Shown: positions 58,661 to 64,000 of the stretch, piece after piece
Position numbering within the stretch: the first letter of the stretch is position 1
Layout of the letters: every line of letters starts with the position of its first letter
Assembly: GCA_964621195.1 (NCBI GenBank)
Contig: CAZULJ010000001.1
Span: forward strand, 97,200-161,199
Reading direction: 5' to 3'
From: an uncultured Candidatus Saccharibacteria bacterium
GTDB lineage: Bacteria > Patescibacteriota > Dojkabacteria > SC72
Length of the DNA: 64,000 bases
Made by a program: the position numbers and the translations under genes
The notes under the pieces: model-generated
Told to the model about the DNA's origin: nothing
What the model saw: only the letters and a program-made list of their open reading frames with translations
Databases searched by the model: none

Positions 58661-59338
58661 CTACTTGATATCAACCCCACCAAAGGCTACACCACCTGTA
58701 ATTTCAAGTACAGGCTCTGCAACATCACTCTCCTCAACTTCAGGATTCCATCCACCAAACACTCCTGTACCATTCGTTTTAACTCTACAATCCTTAGGAA
58801 CAAATATCTCAACACCACCAAATGCACAGTTTACATGTAATTTTGCCCCTTCCTTTGCAATTTTTGCATCTCTAAGATCAATAGTGCTTCCACCAAATGC
58901 AACATTTATCTCTCCACCTTTGAAGTTTTTAGATTTTACTTTTTTATCTACACCCCAAAATACTACCGTCTCGGAAATTCGATCCTTATCTGTACTTGTA
59001 CTCTCTACTGTGTTAAGAGACACCCGATCTCTTTTGAAAAGAATTGAAAGACCAACAACAATAATTAAGACTGGCCATAAAACAGCAAAGAAATTCCAAC
59101 TAAAGAGGTTCGTTGAAAGGAACACTACACCAAGAACCAACATTATCATACCGCCATTGTTGTTGCCCTCCGTTAGAAGTTTTGCACCAAAGAAAATCAA
59201 TATCAAGGGCCAGAATGTCCAAATTAACTTCCAAAGGGATATTCCAAATCTTCCGAAGAAACCAGTCTGTTCAACCAAAAAGATTACACCAAGAAAAATC
59301 AGTAGTACACCTAGTATAAATCGAGAGCTATTTTTCAT
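58661..59338 (-). CDS. LiaF-like membrane protein (DUF5668 N-terminal TM region plus DUF2154/LiaF C-terminal domain)
   Basis: Four N-terminal TM helices. Gly-rich beta C-terminal domain (FGGVEIFVP...FGGVDI). Confidence 0.55.
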   Translation of the reverse strand: MKNSSRFILGVLLIFLGVIFLVEQTGFFGRFGISLWKLIWTFWPLILIFFGAKLLTEGNNNGGMIMLVLGVVFLSTNLFSWNFFAVLWPVLIIVVGLSILFKRDRVSLNTVESTSTDKDRISETVVFWGVDKKVKSKNFKGGEINVAFGGSTIDLRDAKIAKEGAKLHVNCAFGGVEIFVPKDCRVKTNGTGVFGGWNPEVEESDVAEPVLEITGGVAFGGVDIK

Positions 59339-59356
59339 ACTTATTTATAAAATAAA

Positions 59357-60355
59357 TTATTTTGTATTAATATCTAAAGAACCAACACCAACAGTTACAA
59401 CTATCAATACTTTCAGTTCTGCGGAGTTGTAATTTTCTGATTCATACGTTTTATCACCAATACCAACATTAGCAATCTCTTCTCCATCAATATTAATTGA
59501 TCCTAAACCAAGATCATACTCCAAAGTATATCCTACACCCTCTGGAAGTATTAATTCCATATCACCAGCACCAACCTCTAACGTTATCTTTTCAGTAGGT
59601 ATACTCCTCTCATCAAGTTTCACTACTAATTTTCCCGCACCTAAATCAGCTGACAACGAACCTAACAAAACTTCATCTAAATCTACAAGACCCTCTCCAG
59701 CACCTAAATTTATTTCAGCATCAGTCAGAACATCCTTACTACCCAATACTATGTTATACCTTGTATCTTCTCTTCCTGGCATATGAAAACCGGTAAATGA
59801 GCCACTACTAAATCCTACCTTCAATGAGTCACCACTCTTCTCACTATCAAGCACAGGTGCAGAGTATCTAGAGGGATACTTAGCCTGAACAGTAACGTAG
59901 TCAGACACATCAGAATCCGTTATCTCGAAGTATCCTGCACCAACATCAACATTTAACTCCCTTTTAGTAAAGTTCTCTTCATAATCGTTGAAAGATACAA
60001 CCATCTGTTTTTCAACCATATCCCCATAGGTAAAAGCCATACAGCCTCCCATAATACAATCATTTAGCCTATCAGGAAGGAAAGAAAGCCTACTCTGAGA
60101 ATATGATACATACGAGAAAACTCCTACAAATACAAAGACTACGAATGCAAGTATGGAAAGGAATATTTCTGAGAAAAGAGAGTCACCAAGTACAAGTTTA
60201 ATACCAGCAAGGATAATAAACACAGGCCAGAAGTTAAGGATATATGTCCATATACTCCAACTAATTGTACCTGTAGTATTGAGTAAAAATATAAGTCCAA
60301 TGAATATAAGAAAAATTGCCCAGACAACATCCTTTGATTTATATTTTTCCATCAT
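59357..60355 (-). CDS. membrane protein with N-terminal DUF5668-like TM helices and C-terminal toast-rack (DUF4097-like) beta domain
   Basis: Repetitive Gly/Asp beta strands (LGAGEGLVDL...LGAGKLVV...VGAGDMELILPEGVG). Confidence 0.5.
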   Translation of the reverse strand: MMEKYKSKDVVWAIFLIFIGLIFLLNTTGTISWSIWTYILNFWPVFIILAGIKLVLGDSLFSEIFLSILAFVVFVFVGVFSYVSYSQSRLSFLPDRLNDCIMGGCMAFTYGDMVEKQMVVSFNDYEENFTKRELNVDVGAGYFEITDSDVSDYVTVQAKYPSRYSAPVLDSEKSGDSLKVGFSSGSFTGFHMPGREDTRYNIVLGSKDVLTDAEINLGAGEGLVDLDEVLLGSLSADLGAGKLVVKLDERSIPTEKITLEVGAGDMELILPEGVGYTLEYDLGLGSINIDGEEIANVGIGDKTYESENYNSAELKVLIVVTVGVGSLDINTK

Positions 60356-60369
60356 TAGTATAACTCAAA

Positions 60370-60681
60370 TTATTTCTTGCCCTTTGTATCAGAGCTTACA
60401 CTCTTTTTAATACCTTCTGCACCTTTCTCAATCTTCTCTTTAATCTCTTTTGTATTCTCCGAAATAACCTCATCAGAAGTCATATCAACAGCAGATTCGG
60501 TAGGTAGAACTATCCATAATATAAAATATGCTAATAGACCAGTACCACCATATATAACAATGAATACAAACAGTATTCTTACTATAGAGGGATCAATATT
60601 AAAATACTCTGCCAAACCGCCACAAACTCCCCCTATCATCCTATCCTTTTCTGATCTATATAATTTCTTTCCCATTTTCAA
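60370..60681 (-). CDS. pspC: PspC-domain membrane protein
   Basis: LYRSEKDRMIGGVCGGLAEYFNIDPSIVRILFV. Confidence 0.75.
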   Translation of the reverse strand: MKMGKKLYRSEKDRMIGGVCGGLAEYFNIDPSIVRILFVFIVIYGGTGLLAYFILWIVLPTESAVDMTSDEVISENTKEIKEKIEKGAEGIKKSVSSDTKGKK

Positions 60682-60749
60682 ACATAATTAATTTATTTCT
60701 ATAACTCATTTTAATTCAAATATCTCAAAATGTTAATACTATTTACCGA

Positions 60750-61205
60750 TTGACATACCCACTTTTAAGAAATAACATATACCTACCACCTAGGTATAAA
60801 AATATGAAAAACACACCCATTCTCATATCAATAATAATATCAACAACCCTCATAGGAATTACCTATCTCATAATTAGTAACGGAGACAAGTCAGAGGTAC
60901 TCTCTGAGCAGGAAAGCGTTGTAACATTTGAAAATGGCACACAAATAATCAATGTAAAGGCTACAAACCAAGGTTATTATCCTGAGAAGATTGAAGCTCA
61001 ATCAAACACCCCTACAATACTCAGAATGGAATCGGAGAATTCCTACGGATGTGAAAGATCTTTTAGAATACCCTCGTTAGACATCGTAGAAATCCTTCCG
61101 CAGGAGGGTACTACAGATATTGATTTAGGCTCCCCAGAAAAAGGAGAGAGTATTCTTGGTTCATGTAGTATGGGAATGTATACCTTTACAATAAATTTTA
61201 AGTAA
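60750..61205 (+). CDS. membrane-anchored hypothetical protein with Cys/Met-rich C-terminus (possible metal binding)
   Basis: N-terminal TM. C-terminal YGCERSF...GSCSMGMY. Lies upstream of the HMA-TM gene. Confidence 0.35.
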   Translation: MTYPLLRNNIYLPPRYKNMKNTPILISIIISTTLIGITYLIISNGDKSEVLSEQESVVTFENGTQIINVKATNQGYYPEKIEAQSNTPTILRMESENSYGCERSFRIPSLDIVEILPQEGTTDIDLGSPEKGESILGSCSMGMYTFTINFK

Positions 61206-61211
61206 TTACGA

Positions 61212-62222
61212 ATGAAAAGGGAAAATTACTATGTAGAAGGAATGCACTGTAAATCATGCGAGCTATATATTGAATCACAATTCAAAGATATAAAGGGAAT
61301 AAGGAATATTAAATCAAGTAGTAAGGATCTATCCTTGGAATTTGAGATTGAAGAGAGTGTTGATTCAGAAGAAGTAATAAGCCAGATAAATAAAAAGATT
61401 GAAGGTAGTGGTTACAATATAAAAACAAAAGTATTAGCAAAAGAAAGCGATTACAAAAACATACCACTAGCTCTGACAATCTCAATTTCATTTCTCGTAC
61501 TGTTTTTACTTTTACAAAAACTCTCTTTAGGACAAACACTCTTCTCAGAGGATCTTTCATATCCCACCGTTTTTGTAATAGGCATTGTAGCATCAATATC
61601 CTCATGTATGGCAGTTGTTGGTTCATTGGTACTATCAATATCTTCGGCGTATTCAAAGGAAGGTAGCTCAATAAAACCAATGGCTATTTTTCATATATCA
61701 AGAATCGTAGGCTTTTTTCTATTAGGAGGGATATTGGGTGTATTAGGTTCTTTAATAATCATATCAAAGGAAGTGGAGCTTTTAATTGGTATTTCCCTTT
61801 TCCTTTTTATGCTAGTCCTAGGCATTAACCTCCTAGATATAACTAACATATTTAAGAAGTTTGAGATAACTTTACCCAAATCTTTAACAAAAAAGCTTTT
61901 CACTAACGATACCGTAAGTCATATTCTTGCACCAGTTATAATTGGAATAGGGTCTTTCTTCCTACCGTGTGGGCTTACCCAATCTATGCAATTAAATGCT
62001 GTACTCTCCGGTAGTTTCTTGGAAGGAGCATTAGTTATGTTTGTTTTCTCATTGGGCACATTACCAGCACTCTTATTAATCTCTGCAGGAGCAAAAAAGA
62101 TCTCACAAAGTAACAACTCAGATCTATATCTTAAGGTAGCAGGATTTTTAGTAATTCTCTTTGCAATATACAATTTGCTTGGCACTTTAGTAGCAAATGG
62201 AGTAATATCTCCGATATTTTAG
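61212..62222 (+). CDS. heavy-metal-associated (HMA) domain fused to a CcdA/DsbD-like multi-TM domain
   Basis: N-terminal GMHCKSCELYIE (MxCxxC). TM cysteines in SISSCMAVVG and FFLPCGLTQ. Confidence 0.55.
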   Translation: MKRENYYVEGMHCKSCELYIESQFKDIKGIRNIKSSSKDLSLEFEIEESVDSEEVISQINKKIEGSGYNIKTKVLAKESDYKNIPLALTISISFLVLFLLLQKLSLGQTLFSEDLSYPTVFVIGIVASISSCMAVVGSLVLSISSAYSKEGSSIKPMAIFHISRIVGFFLLGGILGVLGSLIIISKEVELLIGISLFLFMLVLGINLLDITNIFKKFEITLPKSLTKKLFTNDTVSHILAPVIIGIGSFFLPCGLTQSMQLNAVLSGSFLEGALVMFVFSLGTLPALLLISAGAKKISQSNNSDLYLKVAGFLVILFAIYNLLGTLVANGVISPIF

Positions 62223-62237
62223 TTAAGAGGTAACAAG

Positions 62238-62501
62238 ATGGACAGAAAGGTTATTACTAATTTAAAAAAAGCACGTACCCTCATCGATACGATAATAGAA
62301 ATGCTTGAGAAAGAAGAGTATTGTATTAATGTTATGCAACAGAATCTCGCAGCGATTGGGTTACTTAAATCTGCAAATCAAAAATTAATGGAGAATCACC
62401 TTAAAACATGCTTCTCACAAGCTATCCACTCGGATGATAATAGAAAAAAAGATGATATGATAGAAGAGATATTAACAGTAACAAAACTTCTAAATAGATA
62501 A
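62238..62501 (+). CDS. csoR: CsoR/RcnR-family metal-sensing transcriptional repressor
   Basis: YCINVMQQNLAAIGLL...H...C matches the DUF156 C-H-C pattern. Confidence 0.7.
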   Translation: MDRKVITNLKKARTLIDTIIEMLEKEEYCINVMQQNLAAIGLLKSANQKLMENHLKTCFSQAIHSDDNRKKDDMIEEILTVTKLLNR

Positions 62502-62520
62502 TTTTAAATAAATACTATTT

Positions 62521-62793
62521 ATGCAAAGAGGAATACTCTTATTAACAAAAGATGAGTCTATTGCACTTTTAAACAACTTTGATATTAATAAGTACCCAAA
62601 TACACCACTTTTTAACAAACTCTCTTCATTAGAGAACGGGCATGCAGAGGGAACAGACTACCAAATATTGCTCTCTGAGGAGGAGGTAGAAACAATACTA
62701 GATGAAATAGGATGCCCGACATATATTGAGGGAGATCCATTTACTACTGCGATGAAGAAAATTTGTGACCTAATGTATTCATTCAGGGACTAA
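62521..62793 (+). CDS. hypothetical protein
   Basis: ORF track only. Confidence 0.3.
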   Translation: MQRGILLLTKDESIALLNNFDINKYPNTPLFNKLSSLENGHAEGTDYQILLSEEEVETILDEIGCPTYIEGDPFTTAMKKICDLMYSFRD

Positions 62794-62797
62794 TCAC

Positions 62798-62868
62798 TTG
62801 CCGGACCTAGATTCGAACTAAGATTAACGGTTCCAGAGACCGTCGTCCTACCATTAGACGATCCGGCA
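62798..62868 (-). tRNA. tRNA-Gln (anticodon CUG)
   Basis: Acceptor TGCCGGA/TCCGGCA, anticodon stem ACGGT/ACCGT with loop CTCTGGA, T-loop TTCGAAT. Confidence 0.8.
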
Positions 62869-62892
62869 AAAACAAGCAATTATACTATATAC

Positions 62893-64000
62893 TTACAAAG
62901 AATTAATATACCCTTTCACTCTCTCCCTTACCCTATTTTCCCCCATAACCTGTATAACCTGATACAGATCAGGTGTTTGTTTTCTACCAGTAATTGCAAC
63001 TCGTACAATCATTGCTACGTCACCTATCTTACCCTTGTACTTCTTAGGATTCTTTTCATACTCCTTGTAATCAGCACAGAAACCTTTCTTTAAACCAATA
63101 TTTTTAATCTTTCCAAACCACTCTACAGAGGAATCTCCTATGTAAAACGTGTCTAAATATTCATTTAATATATCCTTTTGTAAATCATCACTAATATCTA
63201 AAGTATCCTTTGGCATATCTTTGTAGATATCATCAAAGAATATCTCCATTTGATGAGGAATATCCGACCACTTAACTATATCCTTTCTTATCTTCTCCCC
63301 CTCCCTTTCAATATTTAATATCTCTATACTGTAAACCTTGTGATTAGTAAGTTTTTCAAAAAGCTCTTGATCATACTCCTTGGCCCACTCAAGAGTATAT
63401 TCATATACCTGCCTTGCACTTAATCTTGATACATACTCCTTACATACATCATTTAGTTTCGTGATATCGAACAAAGCCCCCGCCTTGTTAAATCTTTCCA
63501 ACTTTAATTCAAATTCAAGAATATCCTTCTGAGGATTTTGTATTCTCCAATAAGAGAAATTTGAATTAGCAATATTCAAAAGATACTCCTTTACAGCCTC
63601 TATTGGAAAACCATTCTCTAAGTAAAAAGATACTGCTGCTTCTGGATCTTTCCTCTTACTCAACTTCCTCTTTCCCCCATCATCCATCTTCATCAAAGGT
63701 GATATATGAGCATATTGTAATTGCTCAAATCCCAAAGCTTTAAATATTTCCATATGCAAGGCTTGAGATGCAAACCACTCTTCACCTCTAGTCACATATG
63801 TAATACCCATCAATGTATCATCGATAGGGTGTGCGAAATGATATGTAGGTAAACCATCAGATTTAAGAAGTACCGCATCCATATCATTTTCAGAGATTGT
63901 AACACCACCTTTTATTAGGTCGATTGTATTTATTTTGTTTTGGATATTACCGTTAGAGTACAAACGAACAACAAAAGGAGCACCTTCGTTTAATTTTTCT
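62893..64000 (-). CDS. gltX: glutamyl-tRNA synthetase (N-terminus lies beyond the window edge)
   Basis: DGLPTYHFAHPIDDTLMGITYVTRGEEW and KLSKRK (KMSKS). Confidence 0.85.
   Translation of the reverse strand, partial: EKLNEGAPFVVRLYSNGNIQNKINTIDLIKGGVTISENDMDAVLLKSDGLPTYHFAHPIDDTLMGITYVTRGEEWFASQALHMEIFKALGFEQLQYAHISPLMKMDDGGKRKLSKRKDPEAAVSFYLENGFPIEAVKEYLLNIANSNFSYWRIQNPQKDILEFELKLERFNKAGALFDITKLNDVCKEYVSRLSARQVYEYTLEWAKEYDQELFEKLTNHKVYSIEILNIEREGEKIRKDIVKWSDIPHQMEIFFDDIYKDMPKDTLDISDDLQKDILNEYLDTFYIGDSSVEWFGKIKNIGLKKGFCADYKEYEKNPKKYKGKIGDVAMIVRVAITGRKQTPDLYQVIQVMGENRVRERVKGYINSL

Noticed and set aside
1-64000. CRISPR arrays, or genome-wide UGA recoding (code 4/25)
   Set aside because: No regularly spaced short direct repeats were seen. 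Long genes (ileS, ftsZ, gatA, helicase) are intact under the standard code with TAA/TAG/TGA stops, so a single in-frame TGA at 43215 does not imply recoding.

Overview
Reading the window by eye, it is low-GC (roughly one-third G+C), densely coding bacterial chromosome, mostly housekeeping. It carries a cell-division block (FtsQ-like, FtsA, FtsZ, SEDS FtsW/RodA, FtsEX with an EnvC-like M23 peptidase) and translation genes (leuS, ileS, partial gltX, gatA and a separate gatB-gatC pair, prfB, rplS, rplU, rpmA, hpf). It also has parAB, lgt, uppP, lepB, rnhB, ung, two divergent iPGM phosphoglycerate mutase paralogs, surface-polysaccharide genes (GT4, GT-C, CapA-like, FkbM, UPF0104), and a PspC-toastrack-LiaF membrane-stress cluster. 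A putative metal-homeostasis trio (HMA-TM fusion with CsoR) and a desulfoferrodoxin are present. I could hand-fold 11 tRNAs, plus T-box leaders upstream of leuS and ileS. Gene content (GatCAB, small membrane-rich proteome, LeuRS without CP1 editing domain, many short hypotheticals) suggests a reduced-genome lineage, possibly CPR/Patescibacteria-like or a streamlined Firmicutes-like organism; that placement is inference only. No CRISPR array, reverse transcriptase, integrase or transposase was recognised. I could not identify one clear-cut novel system. The best candidates are (i) a 1.8-kb HAD-phosphatase plus HD-nucleotidase cassette bracketed by ~355-bp direct repeats, each carrying a duplicated 70-aa ORF, ending exactly in the 3' end of tRNA-Gly(TCC), with tRNA-junction-like 45-nt motifs scattered nearby; and (ii) a translationally coupled trio of membrane/surface proteins at 2-1465 whose middle member is a membrane-anchored HEPN (Rx4H, DUF4145-like) protein, adjacent to an XRE regulator/coiled-coil pair. 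Other oddities are an in-frame TGA splitting a conserved-looking ORF, a frameshifted beta-lactamase-like gene, and a Fic-fold protein with an ablated catalytic motif fused to a wHTH between tRNAs. All coordinates for RNA features are hand-derived and approximate by a few nt.
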